A stretch of 64,000 bases of DNA from Vulcanimicrobiota bacterium (GCA_963778015.1 CAVZST010000001.1:917190-981189); one strand, 5' to 3'; shown: positions 1 through 9,336, numbered from the stretch's first letter. Notes: generated by a model not told the origin, from the sequence alone. Program-made: numbers and translations.

Positions 1-140
1 GGTCGCTGGCTCACCAGGCTGCCGTCACGGGCGATACCGTCGGCGACCCGTACAAAGACACCGCCGGACCCGCGATCAATCCCATGATCAAGGTGCTCAA
101 CATTGTCGCACTCTTGCTCGTCGCGTTCCTCGTTCACTAA
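1..140 (+). CDS. hppA: 3' end (partial) of membrane H+/Na+-translocating pyrophosphatase
   Basis: Frame starting at nt 3 reads [45 protein letters not shown] (stop 138-140). GDTVGDPxKDTxGP is the conserved C-terminal PPase motif. Confidence 0.8.
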   Translation, partial: SLAHQAAVTGDTVGDPYKDTAGPAINPMIKVLNIVALLLVAFLVH

Positions 141-264
141 TCCGGCACTGCGAAGCGAAATCGGCTAAATTCATCCGATTATGCTCCGAACCGTCCGAAC
201 GTGAGCGACGCCACGTAGCAATGCTGGTACGCTCCTCTCACACTTGAGATGGAGGCGTATCACC

Positions 265-1590
265 ATGACATTCCGCGTTGTTATCTGCTCTTTGTTGGCC
301 TCGATGCTTGCTTCATGCGCCTCGAGCGGAAACGCTTCACTTCCGAGCGCGCAAGACGCCGCTGCGCCGGCTGCAGCGACTAACCCGACCTGGACCTATA
401 CCGTCGTCGACTTGGGAACGTTGGGAGGCGCAGTCAGCGGTGCCAATAGCATCAACGACCTCAACTGGGCGAGCGGCTTTTCCTCCCTGACGTCGACTTC
501 GTACATACACGGCGCACTTTGGAAAAACGGTGGGCCGGCAATTGACATGGGTACGCTCGGCGGACCGAACAGCGCCGTCGAGTGGCCGGTCAAGAACAAT
601 CAAGGTCTGATCTCCGGGATCTCTGAAACCGCAGCAAAACAGCGCCTGGGAGAGACATGGTCTTGTGCGGAGTCCTTTTTCCCGCAACCGCCGAGCGGTC
701 ACATTTGCCGCGGCTTTGCTTGGCGGAACGGCCGGATGATAACGCTGCCGACGCTGGGAGGCAATAACGGGTTTGCGGCCGGCGCAAACAACCGCGGGCA
801 GATCGTCGGCTGGGCGGAAACTCGCAAGCACGACCCGACATGCACCAGCCCCCAAGTGCTCGGGTTCGAGGCCGTCGATTACAACGTTTTGAAAAAAACG
901 ATTCGCGAGTTGCCGCCGTATGGCAGCGACAAAGACGGAGCCGCGACCGAAATCAACGATCGCGACCAAATAGTCGGTATATCCGGTAAGTGCGATCAGG
1001 CCGTCGGCCGGTTCACCGCACGCCACGCAGTGATGTGGGATCACGGCAAGATCGTGAATCTCGGCACGCTCGGCGGCGTCGCCTGGAACACCCCAATGGC
1101 GATCAACTGGAGAGGCGAGGTCGTTGGATTTTCGGACCTGCATGGCGATCAGAACGGCACGCCCAACTTCCAAGCTTTCTTGTGGAGGAAAGGCCGCGGG
1201 ATGATCGATCTCGGCACACTTCCCGGCGACGTGTATAGCCAAGCACTGGGCATCAACGGAGTGGGACAGGTCGTCGGCGTTTCGTATGGCGCCAATTTCG
1301 CCACCTCGCGCGCCTTCATCTGGGAGAACGGCAAGATGACCGATCTCAACTCGCGCATTGGCAAAAGTTCTCACTTCTATCTGCTCTACGCCAACGACAT
1401 CAACGACAAAGGCATCATTGCAGGGGGCGCCTGCATCTTGACCAGCGGCACGTGCGGAAGCAACGCGCCCGCATACATGGCCATTCCTTCGAAGGAGACC
1501 ACTGGTTCTTCAGCCGCCGGCGTTGCCTCGCCCACGCTGCCCAAGCAGCTACGGCGGTTACTGCTCAGCCGACTGTTCATGCCGCAATGA
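265..1590 (+). CDS. HAF-family extracellular repeat lipoprotein
   Basis: ORF 244-1590. ATG at 265 gives signal peptide MTFRVVICSLLASMLASC with a lipobox. At least 5 repeats of xLGTLGG...(I)N..G.vVG occur, as in HAF repeats. Confidence 0.8.
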   Translation: MTFRVVICSLLASMLASCASSGNASLPSAQDAAAPAAATNPTWTYTVVDLGTLGGAVSGANSINDLNWASGFSSLTSTSYIHGALWKNGGPAIDMGTLGGPNSAVEWPVKNNQGLISGISETAAKQRLGETWSCAESFFPQPPSGHICRGFAWRNGRMITLPTLGGNNGFAAGANNRGQIVGWAETRKHDPTCTSPQVLGFEAVDYNVLKKTIRELPPYGSDKDGAATEINDRDQIVGISGKCDQAVGRFTARHAVMWDHGKIVNLGTLGGVAWNTPMAINWRGEVVGFSDLHGDQNGTPNFQAFLWRKGRGMIDLGTLPGDVYSQALGINGVGQVVGVSYGANFATSRAFIWENGKMTDLNSRIGKSSHFYLLYANDINDKGIIAGGACILTSGTCGSNAPAYMAIPSKETTGSSAAGVASPTLPKQLRRLLLSRLFMPQ

Positions 1591-2081
1591 CTCGGTCGCT
1601 GCCCATCCTCGCGGCGATGATCCTGGGGCTTCTGCCTCTACGGACCGTCGCGGCCTGTGACGCGCCGGTTTACCGAGAGTTCGACTTCTGGGTTGGCAAC
1701 TGGCGCGTCACGGATGCACGCGGTAAGCTGCTTGGATTTGACAGAGTAACCAAACGTCTGGGCGGCTGCGTCATCTACGAAGAGTACCGCGATGCAAACG
1801 ATTCGAGCATCGGAATCGGCCTTACCGGCTTCGGCTTGCGTCCCGGTCAATGGCATCAGGACTTCATGGACGATCGCGGTTTCGTCCTGGCGTTGGACGG
1901 CTCGCTGCAAGACGGGCGCATGGTACTGACCGGCACGGATTACGTCGGCGGCACCGCGCGATTGAATCGCGGCGTGTGGAGCCGGCACGGCGACATGGTC
2001 GAAGAACTCTGGACCCGTTCCACCGACGGCGGAACGACCTGGGAAACGCGCTTCGACGGCTGGTTCCACCGGATCGAGTAG
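1587..2081 (+). CDS. secreted protein of unknown function (FDFWVGNW motif, DUF1579-like)
   Basis: Internal ATG at 1587 overlaps the upstream stop (ATGA), suggesting translational coupling. N-terminus MTRSLPILAAMILGLLPLRTVAA looks like a signal peptide. Confidence 0.6.
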   Translation: MTRSLPILAAMILGLLPLRTVAACDAPVYREFDFWVGNWRVTDARGKLLGFDRVTKRLGGCVIYEEYRDANDSSIGIGLTGFGLRPGQWHQDFMDDRGFVLALDGSLQDGRMVLTGTDYVGGTARLNRGVWSRHGDMVEELWTRSTDGGTTWETRFDGWFHRIE

Positions 2082-2143
2082 GCCCTTCCATTGTTTTGGC
2101 GCGGTCACGATTGGCCGCGCCATCGCGTTATCCCTAATTCGAC

Positions 2144-3010
2144 ATGTGGCAAGAACGCGTGTGGAGCCGGCACGAGGACCGCGAGATGGTCTTTCGCGCT
2201 CGTGCGACCAGCGCGCAGCGCAATTGGAACGGCTTCGACGCGATCATCTACGAAGCGTCTGCCGGCTTTTCCGAGCAGGAATTCGTCCGGCACAACGTCA
2301 GCATGCAAATCGGCCGGCCCGTACTGGTCACGAGCCGCTGCAACGGTCAAACGCTGCGACGGCTTCAGGTGCCCGGCGACGTCAAAATCGTCCCGCCCCG
2401 CGTATCGCGCGTCTGGGAAACGGAATCCTCAACGATCAAGCTCACGATGTACCTGAGCTCCGTCTTGATGCTCTCCGCCGCCGACGCGATGGGCGTCGAT
2501 CCTGACCACATCGACATCCCGCCGCAACTGCACGTGCGAGATCCCCGCATCGAGCACATCGGCTGGGCGGTCAAGGCGGAATTGGAATCCTCCGAACCTC
2601 TGGGCCGTTTGTACGGCGAGAGTCTTGGACTCGCGCTCGCCGCTCACTTGTTGCGAGCTTACGTGCCGGCGCGCACGCCGCCAACTAATGTCCGGCTCGG
2701 CCGGCGTCGCCTACAACGAGTCGTGGATTACATCCAGGACCATCTCAGCCAAGACCTCTCGCTCTCCGACCTCGCAAAGCTGCTCGACATGAGCCCGTCG
2801 CACTTTAAAGTAATTTTCAAGCAATCGATGGGCTTGCCCGTCCATCAGTATGTCATTCGAAGCCGAGTCGAGTATGCGACCGATCTGATCGCCCGTGGGA
2901 AGCTGCCTCTCAGCGATGTGGCTCTCCAGGCAGGTTTCGCGAACCAAAGCCACATGGCGCGTTCGATGAAGCGTCTCACAGGCGTCACCCCCAACGCGGT
3001 CCGCCGTTAG
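2144..3010 (+). CDS. AraC-family transcriptional regulator
   Basis: C-terminal dual HTH: LSLSDLAKLLDMSPSHFKVIFKQSMGLPVHQYVIRSRVEYATDLI...GFANQSHMARSMKRLTGVTP. Confidence 0.85.
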   Translation: MWQERVWSRHEDREMVFRARATSAQRNWNGFDAIIYEASAGFSEQEFVRHNVSMQIGRPVLVTSRCNGQTLRRLQVPGDVKIVPPRVSRVWETESSTIKLTMYLSSVLMLSAADAMGVDPDHIDIPPQLHVRDPRIEHIGWAVKAELESSEPLGRLYGESLGLALAAHLLRAYVPARTPPTNVRLGRRRLQRVVDYIQDHLSQDLSLSDLAKLLDMSPSHFKVIFKQSMGLPVHQYVIRSRVEYATDLIARGKLPLSDVALQAGFANQSHMARSMKRLTGVTPNAVRR

Positions 3011-3013
3011 CGG

Positions 3014-3457
3014 CTACGCTTTCTGCAGCGCTTCGTATTTGCGGAAAATGATGAGGTAGCTGCTCGCAATAAATGCGATCGCGAATGCCAACAGTGCGTC
3101 GCCGATAGTGCTCGCAAGGCTTCCCCGGTGAGGCGCCACGAAGCGAACGCCCGAGCGCAGGATCAGGGCGAAGGCGAAGATTGCCAGCGTCACCCAGGAC
3201 GAGCCTAAGTACATGACCCCACGCCGGTCGGTCGGACGCACGTCGGTATGCATGCCGCGCAGGACGCCAAACGGAATGCCGACCAGCGCTCCGACGAGCA
3301 GTCCGAAGGCGATCTCGAACGGCGGCGCGGGGTTGAGCATATTGTTCGCATAGATCACCCATGCCGTCAGCCCACAGAGAATAGTCGGCGTCAGCCACAT
3401 ACGAGTCACGCTTATCTTCTGCGGTCGTATCATGCGATACGCTAGTACGACCGCCAC
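3014..3457 (-). CDS. small integral membrane protein (DUF1453/CcdC-like)
   Basis: 147-aa ORF with about 4 hydrophobic helices. Compact spacing after rplL. The family assignment is from memory only. Confidence 0.55.
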   Translation of the reverse strand: MAVVLAYRMIRPQKISVTRMWLTPTILCGLTAWVIYANNMLNPAPPFEIAFGLLVGALVGIPFGVLRGMHTDVRPTDRRGVMYLGSSWVTLAIFAFALILRSGVRFVAPHRGSLASTIGDALLAFAIAFIASSYLIIFRKYEALQKA

Positions 3458-3513
3458 GACGACGAGCGGGAGCAGTTGCGCCCAAGCCGGAGCGCTTTGG
3501 TCGGCGTGCGCCG

Positions 3514-3885
3514 TTACTTAATCTCCACTTTGGCGCCGGCTTCTTCGAGCTTCTTCTTCACTTGCTCGGCTTCGTCTTTGGTCACGCTCTCTTTGACCGC
3601 CTTGGGCGCACTTTCGACGAACGCCTTGGCTTCGGTGAGGCCGAGGCTGGTGAGCTCGCGGACGGCCTTGATGACCTTTATCTTCTCCGCGCCGAAGTCG
3701 GTGAGAATGACGTCGAACTCGGTCTTCTCGGCTTCCGGTGCGGGCGCGGCGGCCGGCCCGGCGGCCATCATTGCCATCGGGGCGGCAGCGGAGACCCCGT
3801 ATTTCTCTTCGAGCTGCTTGACGAGATCCGCCAGCTCGAGAACGGTGAGCTTATCGATTTGTTCGATGAGATCGGTGAGTGCCAT
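3514..3885 (-). CDS. rplL: 50S ribosomal protein L7/L12
   Basis: [36 protein letters not shown]...[26 protein letters not shown]...AGAKVEIK. Confidence 0.97.
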   Translation of the reverse strand: MALTDLIEQIDKLTVLELADLVKQLEEKYGVSAAAPMAMMAAGPAAAPAPEAEKTEFDVILTDFGAEKIKVIKAVRELTSLGLTEAKAFVESAPKAVKESVTKDEAEQVKKKLEEAGAKVEIK

Positions 3886-3903
3886 AGTAGGTCTTTATCC
3901 TTA

Positions 3904-4434
3904 TTAAGCGTTTGAAGTTGCGCCGGCTTTTTGCTCGCGAATACGCTCCAGGACGCGCACGAGGCCACTCTGGTTCCCCGAGAGCACGGTGACCAGCCCG
4001 CGGATTGGATTCACAAGCGTGCCGACGAGCATCGCGATCAGATCGCTTCTCGGCGGAAGTTTCGCGAGCTCCTCGACCTGCTGCACACCGACGATCTGCC
4101 CGTCGATGTAGGCGGCCTTGACGGCAACACGCTTGACCGTATCGCTGAACGTTTTGAGGGCTTTGGCCGGCGCGACGGGATCGGCTCCGGCGAAGACAAT
4201 GCCGGTCGGGCCGGTGAGAACGCCCTCCAATCGAGCGGCGAGATCGCCGGCAGCGATGCGCAAGAGCGTGTTCTTGACGACGGAATACGTGTTTCCATCT
4301 TTGCGAAGCTCGCTGCGCAGCCGGGTGATTTCGTCGACGGTCAACCCTGCGTAGTCGGTCAAAAAAAGACTTTTCGCTGCGGCGAGCTTCTTGGTGAGCT
4401 CTTCGATGGCGGCTTCTTTACGAGCGGTCGGCAT
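3904..4434 (-). CDS. rplJ: 50S ribosomal protein L10
   Basis: 176-aa ORF directly upstream of rplL with L10-like sequence (LTVDEITRLRSELRK...SVVKNTLLRIA). Confidence 0.95.
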   Translation of the reverse strand: MPTARKEAAIEELTKKLAAAKSLFLTDYAGLTVDEITRLRSELRKDGNTYSVVKNTLLRIAAGDLAARLEGVLTGPTGIVFAGADPVAPAKALKTFSDTVKRVAVKAAYIDGQIVGVQQVEELAKLPPRSDLIAMLVGTLVNPIRGLVTVLSGNQSGLVRVLERIREQKAGATSNA

Positions 4435-4680
4435 GCGTTGTACTCTTCCGGCTAAAGCGATCGGCTAAAGAAAAGCGCCCCGTCGAGGGCGCCTCATTCA
4501 AAGCTCGCATCGCCTAGCGATGGGAAACTCATCGTAATCGCGTCCTCGGTATCCTTCGACGCCGCTCGAGACTTCGGCGCTTCGCGCCTCCGGCCTAAGG
4601 AAGTCAAAATTAAGGCCTTGCGGCCGGCTACGGTCTTTGGAGCCGTCGGCTAGACTACCACAGGATTGCCCGGGAACGCA
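4435..4680 (-). promoter_or_regulatory. rplJ 5' leader (L10-leader-like, structured)
   Basis: ~250-nt non-coding region upstream of rplJ with several GC hairpins (for example catcgc/gcgatg at 4509-4523) and a terminator-like hairpin 30 nt before the ATG. Confidence 0.4.
4464..4492 (-). terminator. intrinsic-terminator-like attenuator hairpin in the rplJ leader
   Basis: Minus strand reads GCGCCC-TCGACG-GGGCGC followed by TTTTCTTT (stem 4475-4480/4487-4492, U-run 4467-4474). Confidence 0.45.
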
Positions 4681-4727
4681 AGGGCTTGCCGAGAAGCCGA
4701 CTGCTCTCGAGGCTCTGGAGCGTTAAA

Positions 4728-5294
4728 ATGAGTGCCTTCGATTATCTAACCGTCCTGGTATCGATCGTGCTTGGCCTCGCGATCGCAAACGTTCTTACGC
4801 GCCTCGCGACGGTCATTACGGCACGTGAACGCGTGGATTTCTATTGGCCGCCAGTCGCCTGGGGCATATTCCTTTTCTTCATTTCAGTGCAGCACTGGTG
4901 GGCCGAGTGGGGCGTGCGCCACACGACCGCATGGAACTTCGGCACCTTTTGGCTACAACTGCTCACGCCTGTCGATCTCTTCTTGCTCTCCGCACTCGCG
5001 TTGCCCGAACGCGAGGAAAACGGCAAACTCGATCTTGGCGCCTGGTATTTTCATAATCGTGTCTGGTTTCTCGGCTTCCTGTTTTTCTTACCGGCACTCG
5101 GCATAGCCGAAGAGGTCGCGAGAACGGGGCATATGGCGTCGCGGCTCAACTTTGCGTTTTTGGTCGCTTTCGACGTCGTCATCGTGGTAGCATATCTCCT
5201 AAAGTCGCGAAAAGCACAGGAGTGGCTCACCGCCCAGGCGATGGTCATGACGGTCGCGTACGTTGTGCTCCTGTATCTCCATTTGCCGGTTTAG
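4728..5294 (+). CDS. polytopic membrane protein of unknown function
   Basis: ORF 4686-5294. ATG at 4728 (MSAFDYLTVLVSIVLGLAIANVL...). About 5-6 hydrophobic segments. Lies between rplA and rplJ on the opposite strand. Confidence 0.6.
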   Translation: MSAFDYLTVLVSIVLGLAIANVLTRLATVITARERVDFYWPPVAWGIFLFFISVQHWWAEWGVRHTTAWNFGTFWLQLLTPVDLFLLSALALPEREENGKLDLGAWYFHNRVWFLGFLFFLPALGIAEEVARTGHMASRLNFAFLVAFDVVIVVAYLLKSRKAQEWLTAQAMVMTVAYVVLLYLHLPV

Positions 5295-5324
5295 GCGGGT
5301 GCCGCGTGGCCTTCGGCAGAGCCG

Positions 5325-6026
5325 CTAGGCCGTTGCCTTCACGCGATTAGGATCGACCTTGACGCCGGGGGCCATCGTGCTCGTGAGCGTCACGCTGCGC
5401 AAATAGGTTCCCTTCGCCGCTGAAGGCTTGGCACGAACGATTGCATCGAGCAGCGTCGTGATGTTTTCGACCAGATGGGCTTCGTCGAAGTTCGCCTTCC
5501 CAACGATCGTGTGAATTATACCGGCCTTGTCGAGACGGAATTCGACCTTACCCGCTTTGATGTCGCGAATCGCAGCGCCTACGTTCGGCGTCACCGTCCC
5601 GGCCTTGGGGTTGGGCATTTTTTGCGCGAGGATACGTCCGAGCTCTTTACCGACCTGCGCCATCATGTCCGGCGTGGCAACGGCTACATCGAACTCCACG
5701 AAGCCGCCTTTTACCCTGTCGATCAAATCCTGATCGCCGACGACGTCCGCGCCGGCCTCCTGGGCCGCCTTCGCATTTTCACCCTTGGCGAAAGCAATAA
5801 CGCGAACGGTGCGCCCGGTGCCATGCGGCAAAAGCACGGTTCCGCGAACGCTTTGATCGCTTTTCTTGGGATCGACGCCCAGCCGAACGTGCGCCTCAAC
5901 CGTTTCGTTGAACTTCGCGTTAGCGTTCCGCTTGACGATCGCAATTGCTTCGGGAGTAGAAAACAGCCGTTTAGCGTCAAAGCCGGCGGCCAGCGCCTTG
6001 AAACGTTTGCCGTGGTGCTGCGGCAT
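5325..6026 (-). CDS. rplA: 50S ribosomal protein L1
   Basis: Internal ATG at 6026 gives [17 protein letters not shown]...[26 protein letters not shown]. The longer ORF (to 6089) overlaps rplK. Confidence 0.95.
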   Translation of the reverse strand: MPQHHGKRFKALAAGFDAKRLFSTPEAIAIVKRNANAKFNETVEAHVRLGVDPKKSDQSVRGTVLLPHGTGRTVRVIAFAKGENAKAAQEAGADVVGDQDLIDRVKGGFVEFDVAVATPDMMAQVGKELGRILAQKMPNPKAGTVTPNVGAAIRDIKAGKVEFRLDKAGIIHTIVGKANFDEAHLVENITTLLDAIVRAKPSAAKGTYLRSVTLTSTMAPGVKVDPNRVKATA

Positions 6027-6027
6027 A

Positions 6028-6453
6028 TCAGGCCTCCACGTCGACGCCCATCGAGCGCGCCGTGCCGGCGACGATCTTCTTGGCCGCAACCATGTCGTTA
6101 GCGTTGATGTCGGGCATTTTCACCTTGGCGATCTCTTCGAGCTGTTTTTGGCTCAGCTTGCCGACCTTATTGCGATTCGGCTCTTTGCTACCCGACTCGA
6201 TGCCCAGAGCCTGCTTGATGAGGAACGACGCCGGCGGCGTCTTCGTGATGAAGCTAAACGTCCGGTCTTCAAAAACCGTGATTTCCACCGGAACGATCAT
6301 GCCGGTCTGCGACGCGGTACGCTCGTTGTACTGCTTGCAAAAGTCCATGATGTTGAGCGAGTAGGGTCCAAGCGCCGGACCGATCGGCGGCGCCGGCGTT
6401 GCCTTGCCGGCTGGAATTTGGAGGCCGATCTTGCCTACGATCCTCTTAGCCAC
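6028..6453 (-). CDS. rplK: 50S ribosomal protein L11
   Basis: GTG at 6453 is preceded by GAAAGGAAATAC. Product reads (M)[29 protein letters not shown]... Confidence 0.95.
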   Translation of the reverse strand: MAKRIVGKIGLQIPAGKATPAPPIGPALGPYSLNIMDFCKQYNERTASQTGMIVPVEITVFEDRTFSFITKTPPASFLIKQALGIESGSKEPNRNKVGKLSQKQLEEIAKVKMPDINANDMVAAKKIVAGTARSMGVDVEA

Positions 6454-6497
6454 GTATTTCCTTTCGTGATCCTTGCGGGATAACTGCCCCTCGATAC

Positions 6498-6526
6498 GGC
6501 GTGCGATCGGGGTCGCTTCGCACGCC
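6498..6526 (-). promoter_or_regulatory. 9-bp GC hairpin in the nusG-rplK intergenic region (possible rplKA leader element)
   Basis: ggcgtgcga(6498-6506)/tcgcacgcc(6518-6526) are perfectly complementary with an 11-nt loop. No U-tract follows. Confidence 0.3.
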
Positions 6527-6543
6527 AAACCTAGATTAGCGGG

Positions 6544-7266
6544 TCAGACCTTCTCCACTTGGAAGAATTCGAATTCGACGGGTGTTTCGCGGCCAAAGAT
6601 CGAGATGAGCGCGCGTAGGCGCTCCTTCTCGGGCGCGATTTCGTCAACGACGCCGGTGAAGTCGAAGAACGGTCCCGAGGTAACCTTGACGCGGTCGCCC
6701 TTCTTGAAGTCTATCTTGAGCTTCGGCGCCTCGATACCCATTTGCTTGAGGATCGTCTTCACTTCTTTGTCTTGCAGCGGCACCGGCTTCTCGCCGGGGC
6801 CCGGACTCCCGACGAAACCGGTGACGCCCTGCGTGTTACGCACGACGTACCAAGACTGATCGTCCATGATCATCTCGACCAGGACGTATCCGGGAAAGAC
6901 CTTCTTCGGCGTGATCTTGCGCTTGCCGTCTTTAAACTCGACTTCGTCTTCCATCGGAACGAGCACGCGGAAAATCTTGTCCTGCATGCCCATCGAGTGA
7001 ATTCGGCGCTCGAGATTCGCCTTGACCTTGTTCTCGTATCCAGAGTAGGTGTGAACGACGAACCAATTCCGGTTGTCCTTTGGTTTGACCGGCGCGGCCT
7101 CGACGGCGGGCTCTTGCGCCTGCGTCTCCTGGTCGTCAGTGGCTGCCTCGTCTACGAGCGGCTCTTCGATGGCCGTGGCAAGGTCGCCCATCTGGGCGTC
7201 GTCAATGAGCGCTTCCTCGACCGACGGCTCGTCGGTGCCCCGCTCCTGGCGTTCTATGTCGTACAT
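6544..7266 (-). CDS. nusG: transcription termination/antitermination factor NusG with ~65-aa acidic N-terminal extension
   Basis: NWFVVHTYSGYENKVKANLERRI...KITPKKVFPGYVLVEM...GDRVKVTSGPFFDFTGVVDEI (NGN + KOW domains). Confidence 0.95.
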   Translation of the reverse strand: MYDIERQERGTDEPSVEEALIDDAQMGDLATAIEEPLVDEAATDDQETQAQEPAVEAAPVKPKDNRNWFVVHTYSGYENKVKANLERRIHSMGMQDKIFRVLVPMEDEVEFKDGKRKITPKKVFPGYVLVEMIMDDQSWYVVRNTQGVTGFVGSPGPGEKPVPLQDKEVKTILKQMGIEAPKLKIDFKKGDRVKVTSGPFFDFTGVVDEIAPEKERLRALISIFGRETPVEFEFFQVEKV

Positions 7267-7269
7267 GTG

Positions 7270-7503
7270 TTACTGCGTGATGCCTTGTGTTGCGGGATGG
7301 ATCACGTTGAAGACCCACCCGAAGAGTTGATCGACGAGGAACGTGAACAGACCGATTCCGACCACCAGCGCGATGGTAAGGATCGTCGCGGAGATCCACT
7401 CCTCACGCGTCGGCCACGTAACGCGCCGAAGCTCCGCGACGACGCCTCGGAGGAAATCACTTCCTGCGATCGACTGAGCCGCTTTCTTTTGTTGTTCATT
7501 CAC
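7270..7503 (-). CDS. secE: preprotein translocase subunit SecE
   Basis: GTG at 7503 (or TTG at 7506), placed after the tRNA-Trp. Contains FLRGVVAELRRVTWPTREEW plus a single TM helix. The longer ORF to 7584 runs through the tRNA. Confidence 0.8.
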   Translation of the reverse strand: MNEQQKKAAQSIAGSDFLRGVVAELRRVTWPTREEWISATILTIALVVGIGLFTFLVDQLFGWVFNVIHPATQGITQ

Positions 7504-7523
7504 CAAAGTTTCATTTCCGAGGT

Positions 7524-7599
7524 TGGCAGGGCGGACAGGACTCGAACCTGCAACAACTGGTTTTGGAGACCAGGACTCTACCAATTGAGCTACCGCCCT
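7524..7599 (-). tRNA. tRNA-Trp (anticodon CCA), CCA end encoded
   Basis: Minus strand: AGGGCGG TA GCTC AATTGGTA GAGT C CTGGT CTCCAAA ACCAG ... CAGGTTCGAGTCCTG ... CCGCCCT G CCA. It folds into a cloverleaf by hand. Confidence 0.93.
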
Positions 7600-7762
7600 A
7601 TCGGGTCTCCCTATGCGGTTTGTGCGAGCGGCAGAAGCGGCAGTACTTGCTGATGTCCAGCCGGTCCGTTGTCTTCTGCTTGTTTTTTTGCGTGTTGTAA
7701 TTGCGGCGTTTGCATATCGTGCAAGCCAGAACCACCATCACGCGCGTCTCTTTCTTTGCCAT
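7598..7762 (-). CDS. rpmG: 50S ribosomal protein L33 (Cys4 zinc form)
   Basis: ATG at 7762 gives MAKKETRVMVVLACTICKRRNYNTQKNKQKTTDRLDISKYCRFCRSHKPHRETR. Confidence 0.93.
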   Translation of the reverse strand: MAKKETRVMVVLACTICKRRNYNTQKNKQKTTDRLDISKYCRFCRSHKPHRETR

Positions 7763-7786
7763 TAATAGTCTACCACAACATGAATA

Positions 7787-7805
7787 AACGGACCCCCGGT
7801 CCGTT
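7787..7805 (-). terminator. terminator-like hairpin between tRNA-Arg and rpmG
   Basis: Minus strand reads AACGGACC-GGG-GGTCCGTT followed by TATTCA. 8-bp stem. Confidence 0.35.
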
Positions 7806-7880
7806 CGGAACATTCAATGTAGCACACGAGCTCACCGCCCTGCAATGTGACGGCGAGGCCGGGCAGAGCAAGCAAGCGTT

Positions 7881-7955
7881 CGCGCCCGGCCAGAATCGAA
7901 CTGGCAACCTTGGGCTTAGGAGTCCCCTGCTCTATCCAGTTTGAGCTACGGGCGC
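7881..7955 (-). tRNA. tRNA-Arg (anticodon CCT)
   Basis: Minus strand: GCGCCCG TA GCTC..GAGC A GGGGA CTCCTAA GCCCA AGGTT GCCAG TTCGATT CTGGC CGGGCGC G. Acceptor, D and T arms are good. The anticodon stem has two terminal mismatches. Confidence 0.7.
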
Positions 7956-8181
7956 GCATGGTGAGTTGTCTTATTTGACATGCGTTTTGGCCGCACCGCC
8001 GTCCTTGGTCTTCCTCCCAGCCTCGCAGAGGTTGACTCGCCGAAGCCCAGGGATGGCCGAGCGAGCGCTCATTGCGCGCCGCCGCGGACACCCGCCCGGC
8101 CTCTGTGTACGGTTTGCTACATCGCTGATTTCAGCGCAAACCTGGATGGGCTAGTTACCTGAGGTGGCCATGCGGCGCTTT

Positions 8182-9336
8182 TTACTGCATGCCTTGCATC
8201 TGGTCGCACGAGGGGCTGCCGCCGCCGCCCGCGTTGCTCATCGTGAACTCGATCGAGGGGTACTGCAGTTCCGGCGGGTTCGCGGGAGCAGTTACGAACT
8301 TGAGGTTGTTCGATTCGCCGGTCGTTCCGGAGTTCACCGGACAGTCCGGCGCCGTCGTCAAGCCGATGTCCGTCTGCAGACTCACCGTGATCGTAGAGCC
8401 CTTGTTGAAGTTCGCGATATCCCCGCCGCCGTTACCGATGACGTTGAACTCGGCTCCCTCCCAGTGCGCCGACAGATCCGTGATGCCGTTGCGCTGAATG
8501 TTCCGCATTCCGTATTCTGTCTTCCCGACGGAAAGGTAGATGCTGTCGCCGCGTGAGGAGGCCTTGCCGGTCTCGGTGAAATCGCCGAGACTCTTGATGG
8601 AGACGTTTGGAATGTTCACGGCGGTCGGGCTATTCTGCACGCATCCGCCGTCAACATACTCCCAGCCTTTGCCGGGCGGGCACCCACTTAAGCCGGAAAA
8701 TCCGGTCGGAACCAGCCAATCCTGAATGAACAGCTGACCATTCCTTGAACCGGGCGGATTCTCGTAGACGAACTGTTCCCATCCGGCGCAATGCTTGATC
8801 TTGCCGCACGCGGACGTCGCGAAGAAGTATGAGTTCAGCTGCAGCGTATAGCTGTTGCGACCGTTGTCGCCGCCGCCACCGAACTGGGGATTGGTGACGC
8901 TCTTGACCCTTGTGACGCCGGTGACTCGAGGGAACGCGCCAACGGCCGTGGACATAATGTTCGGGCTCGTGTCTGCGCTGTAATCTGCGCCGTCGCCGAC
9001 GTTCTGCGCTAACGCCTCCATTGCATGGCGCGAGGCCGGAACCGGGTACAAGAGATGCGGCGGAGTCGAACAGGCGACGCGCGTCCACTCCGTGGACGGA
9101 TAGGACGTTTCGAAGCATCCCAAATCCGGTAGTAGGCTGCGCACGACCGAACGATGCCAGAGTTCTATTGCCGCGACCTGCGCAGCAGATTGGCCCGCGG
9201 TGGGATTCGCGATGGTTCGGGCCGGAGTTAGTGATTGCGTCGAGCTGGAACACCCCGAGAGTGCCACCGACAAGATCAGGCTCGCAACGATCGCACCGGC
9301 GTACGCGAAAGACCTAGCTACTCGTAGGGACAGCAT
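8182..9336 (-). CDS. Cys-rich secreted lipoprotein of unknown function
   Basis: 384-aa ORF. Signal plus lipobox LSVALSGCSSS. No family recognised. Confidence 0.7.
   Translation of the reverse strand: MLSLRVARSFAYAGAIVASLILSVALSGCSSSTQSLTPARTIANPTAGQSAAQVAAIELWHRSVVRSLLPDLGCFETSYPSTEWTRVACSTPPHLLYPVPASRHAMEALAQNVGDGADYSADTSPNIMSTAVGAFPRVTGVTRVKSVTNPQFGGGGDNGRNSYTLQLNSYFFATSACGKIKHCAGWEQFVYENPPGSRNGQLFIQDWLVPTGFSGLSGCPPGKGWEYVDGGCVQNSPTAVNIPNVSIKSLGDFTETGKASSRGDSIYLSVGKTEYGMRNIQRNGITDLSAHWEGAEFNVIGNGGGDIANFNKGSTITVSLQTDIGLTTAPDCPVNSGTTGESNNLKFVTAPANPPELQYPSIEFTMSNAGGGGSPSCDQMQGMQ

Noticed and set aside
337-1374. 345-aa minus-strand ORF
   Set aside because: Antisense shadow of the HAF-repeat lipoprotein gene. 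No recognisable motifs.
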